Of a stretch of 64,000 bases of DNA, positions 10,237-25,428 are shown in pieces. The stretch spans positions 40,373 to 104,372 of the forward strand of contig JAXSPP010000003.1 in the NCBI GenBank assembly GCA_037927135.1. The letters are read 5' to 3'. Both the position numbers and the translations under genes were made by a program. Origin of the DNA: Candidatus Pampinifervens sinense. Lineage in GTDB: Bacteria; Aquificota; Aquificia; Aquificales; Aquificaceae. A model generated the notes under the pieces. That model searched no databases, was not told the DNA's origin, and was given only the letters and a program-made list of their open reading frames with translations. Position 1 is the stretch's first letter. Every line of letters starts with the position of its first letter.

Positions 10237-11739
10237 TTAACCCTTACTCTTTAACCATTTTCTTAATATCTTTGCCACCTTTTCTGGCTCCTCTTTTGCC
10301 ACCTTGACTATCGCTTCTACAGCCTCTACCTTTTCAGCCTTCAGCCTTATCTCTTCTGCAGCTTCTATAGCTTCAATGGTCGCTACACCTGTAGGAACGG
10401 GCATGGGAGGAACCTCTTTCTTCTTAAAGAGTTTCCTTAAAGCTACCAGCAGTATTGTAAGTGCTATAAGTGATAGGATCATAAGAAGGGCTATCTTTAT
10501 ATACCTTTCATAGTCTGGTGCGGGTCTTTCAATGGGGGGTCTTTGGAAGGGTATGGCTTCAACGGTAATGGTGTCACCCCTTTGAGGATCTATACCTGCA
10601 GAAGCCACCACTATCCTCCTCACCTTTTCTATATCCAAGTTCTTTATGTTCGCATCTACCACCACACCCACACTCAGCCTTTTAACCTTTATAAGCGGGT
10701 CTATTGTATAAACCTCCTTTTTGCTTACCTCATAGTTGGTTATAGTCTCGCTCTTTTCTGTGATAACCTGACCACCGCCAGCCACAGCCCCAACTCCTGG
10801 TGGTATATTGGCCTGTGCACCGGGCACACCAGCCACACCCCCACCTATAGTCCTTTCCTTCTTCTTCTGCTGGCTTACTATCGCCGTCATATCTGGGTCA
10901 TAGACCTCCTCCTTTTGCTCCCTCTTTGTAAGATCAAGCTCTGCGGAGACCTTGACCCTCGCAGATCCAGGCCCAAGCACATCTTCCAATGCCTTTTGAA
11001 TCTCCTTCTCAAGCCTTCTTTCAAACTCCAGCTTCAGCTTCAGCTCTTTATCTCCTACAGGCTCCTCCTCTTCCAAAAGGGCCGTAAGGTCCCTTCCAAG
11101 GTTGTCCACCACCACAACCTTTTGAGGTCTAAGCCTTGGAACGCTCGCAGAAACGAGGTTTCTTATTGCTTTAACTTGTTCTGGTGTGAGTTCATAACCA
11201 GGCTTTAGCTTTATGAATACGCTAGCTGTAGGCTCCTCTTCTTCCCTTACAAATATGGACTTTTGAGGCATGCCTATGCTTACCCTTACATCCTCCACCC
11301 CTTCCATCCTGAGTATAGTCCTTGCCAGCTCACCTTCCACAGCCCTTTTGAAGTTCACCTGATTTTGAAAGTCGGAGACACCTATACCAGTCTTGTCAAA
11401 AACCTCATAACCCACTATGCCTTTACTAGGAATTCCTTTTGCTGCAAGCTTAAGCCTTATGTCCCTTGCCCGGTCTTCTGGAACAAGTATACTCCTTCCG
11501 TCTTGACCCACCTTATAGCTTACACCTTCCTTGTCCAGTTCGGTCATTATGGCCGACATGTCCTCTTGAGAAAGGCCTGCGTAAAGTATGGTATAGCTTG
11601 GCTTTGTGGCAAAAGTTGCCATTAGGATAAGAAATGTAAGGGCAAGGGCAGGAAGGCCAATTACAAGAAGTTTTTGAGTGAGTGGAAGGCTTACAAACTT
11701 ATCCTTTAAGTTGTTTATAACCTCTCTAATTTCGGCCAT
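10237..11739 (-). CDS. fliF: Flagellar MS-ring protein FliF
   Basis: Two TM segments, GYEVFD, RAVEGELARTI, PTASV, NYEVSK and RGD motifs; C-terminal ILRKWL FliG-binding end. Confidence 0.95.
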   Translation of the reverse strand: MAEIREVINNLKDKFVSLPLTQKLLVIGLPALALTFLILMATFATKPSYTILYAGLSQEDMSAIMTELDKEGVSYKVGQDGRSILVPEDRARDIRLKLAAKGIPSKGIVGYEVFDKTGIGVSDFQNQVNFKRAVEGELARTILRMEGVEDVRVSIGMPQKSIFVREEEEPTASVFIKLKPGYELTPEQVKAIRNLVSASVPRLRPQKVVVVDNLGRDLTALLEEEEPVGDKELKLKLEFERRLEKEIQKALEDVLGPGSARVKVSAELDLTKREQKEEVYDPDMTAIVSQQKKKERTIGGGVAGVPGAQANIPPGVGAVAGGGQVITEKSETITNYEVSKKEVYTIDPLIKVKRLSVGVVVDANIKNLDIEKVRRIVVASAGIDPQRGDTITVEAIPFQRPPIERPAPDYERYIKIALLMILSLIALTILLVALRKLFKKKEVPPMPVPTGVATIEAIEAAEEIRLKAEKVEAVEAIVKVAKEEPEKVAKILRKWLKSKG

Positions 11740-11742
11740 CCT

Positions 11743-12024
11743 TTATACCTGCATCCTGTTTAGCTCTTGATAGGCTTCAAGGAGCTTGTTTCTCACCTGG
11801 ATAAGCAGGTGCAAAGCCACATTCGCCTTCTCAAACTCAATGACCATCTGGTGTAGTGGAATCTCTTCCCCTTTTAAAACTGCTTCCTTTACAGCCCTCG
11901 CCTTCATCTGCTCTTGGTTCACCCAATGCAAAAACCTGCCAAGCTCCTTTAAAAAGTCTCCTCTTTCTGTTCTTTTTGTTTCAAAGCCCCTTCTTAAAAG
12001 TCCACCTATTTCCCTTATCTCCAT
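11743..12024 (-). CDS. fliE: Flagellar hook-basal body protein FliE
   Basis: C-terminal QVRNKLLEAYQELNRMQV. Confidence 0.93.
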   Translation of the reverse strand: MEIREIGGLLRRGFETKRTERGDFLKELGRFLHWVNQEQMKARAVKEAVLKGEEIPLHQMVIEFEKANVALHLLIQVRNKLLEAYQELNRMQV

Positions 12025-12428
12025 AGCTCTAAAGTCCTTTGTGCTATCTCCCTTGTCATCTTAAAGGCGTTGAGGTTTGCCTCATAGCTTCTCATGGCCG
12101 AGATCATGTCCGCCATCTCCTTTACAAGCTCTACATTGGGGTATCTTACAAAGCCTTCCGCATCCGCCCTTGGGTTTGCAGGGTCAAAGACAATCCTAAA
12201 AGGCTCCTGAGATTCCCTTATCTCCCTTACAATTACAGGCACATAGCCCTTCTGAAGGTTTTCTGGACTCTCTATAGCTTCAAAGACAGGTTCTAGCTTT
12301 CTAAAAGGTTCTCCTGTTGTCCTATAAGATTCAAAGTTGGCTATGTTGCTTGCAATAGTATTCATCCTTATCCTCTGCGCATACATACCGCTGGCAGATA
12401 TCTCAAAGGCTCTAAAAAGGTCTATCAT
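12015..12428 (-). CDS. flgC: Flagellar basal-body rod protein FlgC
   Basis: ISASGMYAQRIRMN.IASNIAN, DP.NP.AD..G.V.YPNV, RSYEAN. Confidence 0.95.
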   Translation of the reverse strand: MIDLFRAFEISASGMYAQRIRMNTIASNIANFESYRTTGEPFRKLEPVFEAIESPENLQKGYVPVIVREIRESQEPFRIVFDPANPRADAEGFVRYPNVELVKEMADMISAMRSYEANLNAFKMTREIAQRTLELWR

Positions 12429-12796
12429 TATCTTCCCTCCCTTATGACCGTCCTTAGCTTCTCAAGGCTACCTGTAGCAAACCTCATATAAACCTCATAG
12501 GCTATCCTGTTTTGACTCAGCTTTGCCATCTCCTCCTCTATACTGACATCGTTTAGATCGTTGCCAACTAGCCTTTTCCTCACTTCAAAGACCTTAAAGT
12601 TTTCTGAAGATGTAGGCTTTATATGCTTCTCTCTTGTTGTTTTGAGCTTTGCTGGCATATCAAGGCTGAAGGCCACATCCTTTGTCCTGTAGTTTGGAGT
12701 GTCCGCGTTGGCAATGTTGCTAAGTATTACCTTATGCCTCTTCCATGTGTAGTCAAGGTAGGGCACGACCCCCCTTACATCCTTGAATATATCCAT
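12428..12796 (-). CDS. flgB: Flagellar basal-body rod protein FlgB
   Basis: SNIANADTPNY and N.VSIEEEM motifs. Confidence 0.92.
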   Translation of the reverse strand: MDIFKDVRGVVPYLDYTWKRHKVILSNIANADTPNYRTKDVAFSLDMPAKLKTTREKHIKPTSSENFKVFEVRKRLVGNDLNDVSIEEEMAKLSQNRIAYEVYMRFATGSLEKLRTVIREGR

Positions 12797-12800
12797 CCTA

Positions 12801-18436
<5,636 letters not shown>

Positions 18437-18461
18437 ATTTATTTCTTTGCGGAGGTTTGAG

Positions 18462-19463
18462 ATGATGGAGCAAAGCATACCTCTTATAGAGCTTTTGAAA
18501 GAAGAGAAGGGTCCAATTCTAATAGCAAGTCATGAGAACCCAGATGCGGACTCTTTGGGTAGCGCCTTGGCCCTATACCTTTTCCTGAAGAAAAAGGGTA
18601 AAAATGTGGTGGTGGGTTGCAAGGATAAGGTGCCACACTTTTTAGACTTTTTGCCTGGAGCAAGAGAGGTTATAAGGCTTCCAGTGGATGATGTGTTTAG
18701 CCTTGCCATAGTGGTGGATGCCAGCGGCTTTTCCCGTGTGAACGCGGAGGTAAAGGCCTTCAGAAAGGCTAGGATAGACCATCATATAGGCGGTGAGTTC
18801 TATGGAGAGTATGATTACATAGATCCCGATGCGCCCTCTACCACTTCCCTTATCTACAGGCTTTTGTGTGCTTGGGACAAGTCCGCCATAGATGAGGATA
18901 TAGCGGAGAACCTTTATGCTGGCCTTGCCACCGATACAGGCTTCTTCAAATATTCTAATACTACTGCGGAAACCTTTGAGCTTGCAAAGGAGCTTGTAGA
19001 GCTTGGTGCAAAACCTCACTGGACCTATGTGAACTTTGCAGAGAGGGAAAGCATAAACAAGATAAGGCTTATATCAAAGGTTTTGGAGACCCTTACCCTT
19101 CATGAAGATGGCCTTGTGGCCGGAATAACTATCTTTGATAGATTTTTCAAAGAGACGGGCTGTGAGTATGCGGACAGCGAAGGTCTTGTAAACTATCCAA
19201 GGTCCTTAGAAGGTGTGGAGGTGGCCTACGCCATCATTGAAAAACCCGAAGAGAAGGTTTGGAAAGTTTCTCTCAGGTCTAAGGGGAAGGTGGATGTGGC
19301 AAAGATAGCGGAAGAGCTGGGTGGTGGTGGCCACAAGTATGCCTCCGGTTGTAAGATAAAGGCTAACAGCTACGAGGAGGCTACGGACCTTCTTTTGAAG
19401 GCCATAAAGAGAGGCTTGGAAAGGGAAGGGCTAATAAAGTATGCCGTAGGCCAAGAGGCCTAA
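18462..19463 (+). CDS. nrnA: DHH/DHHA1 phosphoesterase (NanoRNase/pAp phosphatase)
   Basis: HENPDADS, VVD, IDHH, TDTG.F, SLRS and GGGGH..ASG motifs; GGAGG SD. Confidence 0.85.
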   Translation: MMEQSIPLIELLKEEKGPILIASHENPDADSLGSALALYLFLKKKGKNVVVGCKDKVPHFLDFLPGAREVIRLPVDDVFSLAIVVDASGFSRVNAEVKAFRKARIDHHIGGEFYGEYDYIDPDAPSTTSLIYRLLCAWDKSAIDEDIAENLYAGLATDTGFFKYSNTTAETFELAKELVELGAKPHWTYVNFAERESINKIRLISKVLETLTLHEDGLVAGITIFDRFFKETGCEYADSEGLVNYPRSLEGVEVAYAIIEKPEEKVWKVSLRSKGKVDVAKIAEELGGGGHKYASGCKIKANSYEEATDLLLKAIKRGLEREGLIKYAVGQEA

Positions 19464-20150
19464 GTGCTCCCTTAGGGCCTTGTAGCTATCATTTAATACG
19501 CTCATACGAGGAACGAAGCTGTATAGGGTGTATCTTTTGTCCTGTTTAAAATCGGTGGGATAAGGTAGAACATCAAGCCCTACACTTTTGAAGGCCTCCA
19601 CAGCCCTTGGCATATGATAGGCTGAGGTGATAAGGGCTATTTTTTTAAAGCCTCGCTGTTGGCATATCTCTTTTACATACAAGGCATTTTCGTAGGTATC
19701 CCTACTTCTTACCTCTGTGATTATGCTCCTTCTGTCCACACCAAGCTCTTCCAGCAGTTGCTTCATGACTTCCGCTTCGGGAAGCCTTCCTACACTCGCA
19801 CCCCCAGAAAGTATGATGGGAAGTCCATACTTCTTGTGAAGTATAAAGCCTGTAAGAAGCCTTTTCATAGAGTCTTCTTTGAGTATGCCTGTGTTGTAAG
19901 AGCCACCACCGAGGACCACAAGGGCATCCACATCCACACTCTGTGGCACAGGGTATTTGTCCTCTAGGGGCCTGTAGAGGGCATCCTTGATAGGTTCTAC
20001 CGAAAGCAGATACAGGCTAAGGGCTCCAGAAAGGGCCAAAAGGTTTATAAGCCTTCTTTTTGACAAGAAGAATATGGCCAAAAAAAGTAGGATAAAAAGT
20101 GCAGGTGGAAGGATTAAAAAGCTAAAAAGCTTTTTTAAGAAAAAGCTCAT
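19431..20150 (-). CDS. YdcF/ElyC (DUF218) family membrane-anchored protein
   Basis: VVLGGG, ILSGG, SRDTYENA and ITSAYHMPRA motifs. Confidence 0.88.
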   Translation of the reverse strand: MSFFLKKLFSFLILPPALFILLFLAIFFLSKRRLINLLALSGALSLYLLSVEPIKDALYRPLEDKYPVPQSVDVDALVVLGGGSYNTGILKEDSMKRLLTGFILHKKYGLPIILSGGASVGRLPEAEVMKQLLEELGVDRRSIITEVRSRDTYENALYVKEICQQRGFKKIALITSAYHMPRAVEAFKSVGLDVLPYPTDFKQDKRYTLYSFVPRMSVLNDSYKALREHLGLLAYGILY

Positions 20151-20536
20151 CTTCTTCTTACACCTATTAGCACATTCTCCACGCCACTCTTCTTCCCTAG
20201 GTCCATAAGGGCTACAACGAACTTATGGGCCACATCCTCATCGGCCTCTATAACCATGGTCTTTGGCTTTTTATTTTTAAGGTCCTCTTCTATCTGTTCT
20301 AAGCTTGCCTCCTTTCCGTTTATCATATACTTCCCATCCTTTAGCACTTGAACTCTGTAAACTTGCAGGCTTGCCTTTTCACCCTCCTTCGCAAAGGGTA
20401 GCTTTACCGCAAGGAAGGTTATGGGAGACTGGAAGGCCAAAAGGGCAAGGAAAAGAAAGACGGCGAGAAGAGTATCCACAAGGGGTACCACGTCTATATA
20501 AGCCCTCTCATCGTAGCTAAGCCTTCTCCTCCTCAT
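20147..20536 (-). CDS. exbD: ExbD/TolR biopolymer transport protein
   Basis: IDVVPLVDTLL TM segment with the conserved Asp; IEADEDV. Confidence 0.85.
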   Translation of the reverse strand: MRRRRLSYDERAYIDVVPLVDTLLAVFLFLALLAFQSPITFLAVKLPFAKEGEKASLQVYRVQVLKDGKYMINGKEASLEQIEEDLKNKKPKTMVIEADEDVAHKFVVALMDLGKKSGVENVLIGVRRR

Positions 20537-21144
20537 AACACCCTCACCATATCAAAAAGCTCTTCCTCTATCTTGTTTAGTATGTTGTTGCCCCAGATTC
20601 TAAAGAGCCAGTAGGCTATTAGGGCTGGTATGGCTACCGCAAGGCCTGTAGCTGCAGCCACTAGGGCCTCACTTATGCCCTTTGAGAGTAAGGGCATGGC
20701 CGTCTCTGGATCTGCTATAGAAAAGGCTGAAAAGACTTTTATAAGCCCCGTTATGGTGCCAAAAAGGCCAATAAGAGGTGCCACGCTTGCCACGGTAGAA
20801 AGAATAGCCAAGTTCTTTTCAAGCTTTGGCACAAGGAGAGAGATTTCAAAGTCCAGGCCTTTTATAATGTCTTCCTTCTTTATCTTTCCCTCTTTGTAGC
20901 TTTGTAAGAGGTCCTTTAAAACCACCGCCATATGGGAGCTGTCGGTAGAAAGTAACTTTATGGCACCATCTATGTCTCCGCTGGCAAGTAAGGTTTTTAG
21001 GTCCTTAAAGGACCTGCTTCTGTAGTTGGATGGCCTCATGTTCATAAGCCTTTCCACTATAACAGCCCAGGAAAGGACGGAAAGGAAAAGAAGTGGATAC
21101 ATGGCAAGACCGCCTTTTTGCAAAAGGCTTATAAGCCCCTCCAT
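20533..21144 (-). CDS. exbB: MotA/TolQ/ExbB proton channel protein
   Basis: APLIGLFGTITG and GISEALVAAA.GL.VAIPA motifs. Confidence 0.88.
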   Translation of the reverse strand: MEGLISLLQKGGLAMYPLLFLSVLSWAVIVERLMNMRPSNYRSRSFKDLKTLLASGDIDGAIKLLSTDSSHMAVVLKDLLQSYKEGKIKKEDIIKGLDFEISLLVPKLEKNLAILSTVASVAPLIGLFGTITGLIKVFSAFSIADPETAMPLLSKGISEALVAAATGLAVAIPALIAYWLFRIWGNNILNKIEEELFDMVRVL

Positions 21145-21145
21145 C

Positions 21146-23680
21146 TTATCTCACCTCACACTTTGGTAAGCCCTTTTTAAGCTTATTATACACGCTTGTC
21201 TCCTCCGGATTTGCTACATTTAGGTCAAACCTCTCCAGCATACAGCTTGCATCCCTTTTTGCACCAAGCTTTAAAAGTATCTTTGCCCCTTCCAAAACTG
21301 CAGAGTTATAATAAGGCTCTCCCTTGTGGTTTAGGCTAATCTCTACAAAGCACTCCAAGGCCCTCTTCCCTTCTCCCTTCTTCAACAGCTCCATACCATA
21401 AAGGTACAGAGCCTGCCCTCTTAAGCTCCTTTCTGGACTTTTTGATACATAGTCAAGTAGGGACAAGTCCCCCGTTTGTTTGTATAGGTCCAGGAGATAC
21501 CTCTCAAACTCTTGATCCCTATAGCCAGCCTTTATAAGCTCTTGTGCCAAGCTATGGGCTGAAGAGATGTCCCTTATACTAAGGTATAAGCCTATTGCCT
21601 TAACCTTGTCTGGCTTGTCTCCTTCTGCCAGCATGTCCGCAAGGCTCTTTGTGTCTCCCAAAGAGGAATATATCCTTATGATTTCATCCCTTGCTCTTCT
21701 TCTTTCTTCCTCCACGGGCGATTCTTTATAGACCTTGTAGAAAAGCACAAGCCTTTTGGAAGGGTCTTCTTCCAAGTCTGCCAGCTTTAGTATGGCTTTG
21801 AATTTTATGGGTGTGTCAAGGAGTGTAAGGAGTAGCCTTTCCGCTTCCGCCTTGTTGCCCTTTCTTGCCATAAGGCTTGCATACTGGTAGATGATCTCAG
21901 GAGGTGGATTCTTCTCCTTTTTCATATACTCTTCTAGGACCTTTCCCAGCTCCTCGTCATCTATATTCTTTCCAGCAAAATCAAGCAGGGCAAGGGTTGC
22001 AGACTTGGCCTCCTCACTGTCTGGAAAGCTCCTTAGGACCTCAAGATACTTCTCTTTTGCCTTCTCCACATTCCCCATGTTATAGTAGCTCTCCCCCATC
22101 TTAAGAAGGGCCCTGGCCCTGTTGGGATTATTTGCTGGCACCTTCTCAAAGAATTCAACAGCCCTTTGATAGTTGCCTTCCAAAAAGTAAGAAAGTCCCA
22201 AGAGGTAAAACTCCTCTTCAGATTTGCCGGTCAAAAAGCCCCTTGCCAGCTTTGTATCGCCAAGCATTAGTGCAGACCTTGCCTTCAAAAGCCTTGCCCT
22301 TTCGTCCGTCCTTCCTTGAAGGAGGTCTATAACCTCCTTATACCTCTTTAGGTTATAAAGGGCTAAGGCCTTATAGTATGGGTCTTCAAAGAAGCCAAGG
22401 GCTCCAAGCCAATCGCCCCTTCTAAAGCTTTCCCATCCTTGGTATTCCTTGTATAGGTCTGGATAGAGCCTTGCCACTTCAGACAGGGTGCCAGACATAT
22501 CCTCACCGGACCAATAGAGGGCCTCCAGAAGCCAAAGGTAATCTTCTCTGTCTTTTTTCTTGTTTTTCAAAAGCTCAATGGCCTTTTTGTAGTCCCCCAT
22601 CTTTATGGCAGAATAGACCGCATACCTTGTGTTTCCAGCCTCCAAAAAGTTTCTCAAGGCAAGGGCATAGTCGCCAGAGTTGTAGGCTATGATACCAGCC
22701 CTTTCCAAAAATCTCACATCCTTTGTAAGGGTATAGGTAAGCCTTGAAAGATAAACATCCTTCTCGGATATAAAGGCATAAAGCTCTCTTGCAAGGTATG
22801 GATTTATGCTTTCTAAGATGCTTGCATGCCTCAAGGCTTGTTCTCCTTTGCCTTCCCTGTAGTCTATCAAGGACAGATAATAAAGGGCCACGTCCCTGTG
22901 GGGCCTTCCAGGCCTGGAGTAATCTTCAAAGATGGACTTGGCCCCCTTTAGGTTCCCTCCAAAGTAGGCAAGAATGCCAGACCTTAGCCTTGTGCTATCC
23001 CTGTAAAGCAGGTTCTCCCTTCCCTTTAAAAAATCGGATACATACTGGCAGTATTGAACAAAAACTACACCATCGCAAGAAAGGCTAGCTGGCTTTCCTT
23101 CCTTTATGGCCTTTACCGCCTTCCAGAGGCTGTTTTGATTTTCTGGCACAGAACCCTTAAGGGTAAGGCTCAAGGCATAGTAGGCCTCGCAGGCTGGACC
23201 CTGATACATATGGGTAAAGTTGCAAGAGCTTCTAAAAAGCTCTAAGGCCCTTTGTTTTTGATCCTTTGAATAGGCTATTATGCCAAGCACATATTCAGCC
23301 ATGGGTCCAAAGGCTGAGTTTGGCACCAAAAGCACCTTTCCAAGCTCTTCTTCCGCAAGGTCATACCTACCCTTCAGATAATAATCCACCCCAAGCCTGT
23401 AAGATAGGGCATCCTTTGGCTCTCCACAGCTTATGCCACTCCTCTCTATAGGCTTTATCTGGGCAAACTCCATGCTCTTTGGTGCCTCAAGGACCATATG
23501 GGATAGGTCAAGCTCTTTTGCCTGTGGCATAGGAAGGTAGTTGGGTGGGCTAAGCTTGGGCTTTTCTTCATACAGCTTGCCTGTGAGTTCTACCTTTACA
23601 TCAAACTCCTTTGTTATCTGTTGTGCTAAAGAGAAGGCCAAAAGCAAAAGAAGGCTAAAGAGCCTTATGGGCTTCCACAT
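21146..23680 (-). CDS. Large exported TPR protein
   Basis: Signal peptide (FSLA^QQ), many TPR repeats, ALLKMGESYYNMG...FPDSEEA. Confidence 0.75.
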   Translation of the reverse strand: MWKPIRLFSLLLLLAFSLAQQITKEFDVKVELTGKLYEEKPKLSPPNYLPMPQAKELDLSHMVLEAPKSMEFAQIKPIERSGISCGEPKDALSYRLGVDYYLKGRYDLAEEELGKVLLVPNSAFGPMAEYVLGIIAYSKDQKQRALELFRSSCNFTHMYQGPACEAYYALSLTLKGSVPENQNSLWKAVKAIKEGKPASLSCDGVVFVQYCQYVSDFLKGRENLLYRDSTRLRSGILAYFGGNLKGAKSIFEDYSRPGRPHRDVALYYLSLIDYREGKGEQALRHASILESINPYLARELYAFISEKDVYLSRLTYTLTKDVRFLERAGIIAYNSGDYALALRNFLEAGNTRYAVYSAIKMGDYKKAIELLKNKKKDREDYLWLLEALYWSGEDMSGTLSEVARLYPDLYKEYQGWESFRRGDWLGALGFFEDPYYKALALYNLKRYKEVIDLLQGRTDERARLLKARSALMLGDTKLARGFLTGKSEEEFYLLGLSYFLEGNYQRAVEFFEKVPANNPNRARALLKMGESYYNMGNVEKAKEKYLEVLRSFPDSEEAKSATLALLDFAGKNIDDEELGKVLEEYMKKEKNPPPEIIYQYASLMARKGNKAEAERLLLTLLDTPIKFKAILKLADLEEDPSKRLVLFYKVYKESPVEEERRRARDEIIRIYSSLGDTKSLADMLAEGDKPDKVKAIGLYLSIRDISSAHSLAQELIKAGYRDQEFERYLLDLYKQTGDLSLLDYVSKSPERSLRGQALYLYGMELLKKGEGKRALECFVEISLNHKGEPYYNSAVLEGAKILLKLGAKRDASCMLERFDLNVANPEETSVYNKLKKGLPKCEVR

Positions 23681-24290
23681 ACAAATCCCCCAAATGGCAG
23701 GTTATGTTAAGAGCCATTATAACATTCCTATCCTTTTCCATATGGATAACAGAGTAGCTGGCATTATCACAGCCAAAGGACCAAAACCTTGAAAGGTCCA
23801 CTTTCAAAAGGGCGCAATACATGGCCCTCATAGGCACAGTGTGAGAAACTACCGCCACACTTTGACCCCAATGCCTTTCCTTTATCTCTTCCAAAAAGCT
23901 CTTTACCCTTTCATATACTTGCAAAAGGCTCTCACCGCCTTCAAAGCTTACCTTATGTGGCTCTTCAAGCCACTGCCTGAACTGTTCTGGGAACCTTCTT
24001 TGCACCTCTTCCACCAGCAAGCCGGACCATACACCGTGGTCAATCTCTATGACCCTCTCTTCCGGAATGACCTCCATGCCTTTCCTCTTGGCTATCTCAA
24101 GGGCCGTTTGCATGGTCCTTTTGAGCGGAGAGGAGTATATGGCATGAAGCTCAATGTCTTTGAAGCGCTCTCCTAGCCTTTTGGCCTGTTCCCTTCCCCT
24201 TTCTGATAGCTCTGGGTCCAAAAGGCCCTGATACCTTCCTATTGGGTTCCACTCGCTTTCTGCATGCCTTATAAGATAAAGCTTTACCAT
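23655..24290 (-). CDS. pspA: Metal-independent phosphoserine phosphatase (histidine phosphatase family)
   Basis: RHAES, SSPL.R, EIDHG and SH motifs; C-terminal NITCHLG..YVEAHKA as recalled for Hydrogenobacter thermophilus PspA. Confidence 0.88.
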   Translation of the reverse strand: MVKLYLIRHAESEWNPIGRYQGLLDPELSERGREQAKRLGERFKDIELHAIYSSPLKRTMQTALEIAKRKGMEVIPEERVIEIDHGVWSGLLVEEVQRRFPEQFRQWLEEPHKVSFEGGESLLQVYERVKSFLEEIKERHWGQSVAVVSHTVPMRAMYCALLKVDLSRFWSFGCDNASYSVIHMEKDRNVIMALNITCHLGDLYVEAHKAL

Positions 24291-25408
24291 ATTCCTTCTT
24301 CCATTAAAGCTTGGCTATAAGCCCTTACACCTTCTCCTATGTTTATATCAAAGCCAAGCCTCTTTAAGACAACCTCCAAAAGCCCAATCACCATAAGCCC
24401 ATCCTTTGGGTCCACACCCATATGGGATATGCGGAAGATCTTACCCTTTAGCTCTTCCTGACCGCCAGCCACCCTCACACCAAGCCTTAAAAGCTCCTTC
24501 CTTATCTCCTCCGACCTATCGGACCTTATGGCGCTGACCGACAAAGCTGGATTTTGAGCAAACCTTTGTAGATTAAGCACTTCTATAGCTCTTAGAGTTC
24601 CTTGCGATATGGCTCTGTGCCTCTTTTCTATCCTTTCCATACCCTCTTCCAAAAGAAGCTCTAAGGACTCCCTCATGGCAAGTATAAGGCTTATGGCGGG
24701 CGTCCAGGCTGTTTGACCCTCCTTTTGCTTTGGAAGCTCCCTTTTTATGCTAAAGTAAAAGGCTCTATCCACAAGGCTTTTTTCCGCCCTTTCTGAAAAC
24801 CAAAGGACAGAAAGGCCCGGTGGGAGCAAAAAGCCCTTCTGAGACCCGCCCACTATCACATCAAGGTTCCAATAAGATGGCTTTATGTTATAAACTCCCA
24901 AAGCGGTTATGGCATCGGCCACAGAAAGCACATCAAACTCCTTGCACACCTCCCCTATCTCTTTAGCGGGATGGTAAGCACCAGTAGAAGTTTCTGAGAT
25001 CTGAAATAGCACCGCTTTGCAGTCCGGGTTTTCCTTCAAAAGCCTCCTTACTTCCTCTGGGTCCGCAGACCTTCCCCACTCTACCTTATACTCTATGGGC
25101 ACAAGGCCCCAATGCTTAGACAGCCTTAGCCACCTTTCGCCAAACTTTCCACCATTTATTACCAAGACCTTATGGCCTTCTTTGAAGAAGTTCAATATGG
25201 TGGCCTCCATGGCACCTGTGCCAGAAGAGGCAAAAAAGACAAAGTTGTCTGAAGGGTTATCCAAGAGCTTTTTGAAGAGCTCCCTTACCTCAAGGAAGGC
25301 CCTTCTGAACTCCTCCGTGCGGTGGTGGATAATCTGCCTTCCTAGAACCTCTCTTACCCTTTCTGGGATCTCCACAGGACCAGGTGTAAATATCCTCTCT
25401 TGGCGCAT
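24284..25408 (-). CDS. Class V PLP aminotransferase (serine/alanine-glyoxylate or phosphoserine aminotransferase type)
   Basis: FTPGP, SSGTGAME, ETSTG, DAIT, GSQKG (PLP Lys) and FRISHMG motifs; ATG at 25408, 8 nt after a -10 box. Confidence 0.88.
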   Translation of the reverse strand: MRQERIFTPGPVEIPERVREVLGRQIIHHRTEEFRRAFLEVRELFKKLLDNPSDNFVFFASSGTGAMEATILNFFKEGHKVLVINGGKFGERWLRLSKHWGLVPIEYKVEWGRSADPEEVRRLLKENPDCKAVLFQISETSTGAYHPAKEIGEVCKEFDVLSVADAITALGVYNIKPSYWNLDVIVGGSQKGFLLPPGLSVLWFSERAEKSLVDRAFYFSIKRELPKQKEGQTAWTPAISLILAMRESLELLLEEGMERIEKRHRAISQGTLRAIEVLNLQRFAQNPALSVSAIRSDRSEEIRKELLRLGVRVAGGQEELKGKIFRISHMGVDPKDGLMVIGLLEVVLKRLGFDINIGEGVRAYSQALMEEGIW

Positions 25409-25428
25409 GGTAGAATATTTTACTCCGA

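Noticed and set aside
10543..11208. 221-aa plus-strand ORF, and similar long shadow ORFs (28511-29104, 38062-38625, 25017-25517, 43245-43718, 57995-58417)
   Set aside because: They lie antisense to well-supported genes and show no recognisable motifs; expected by-products of codon bias
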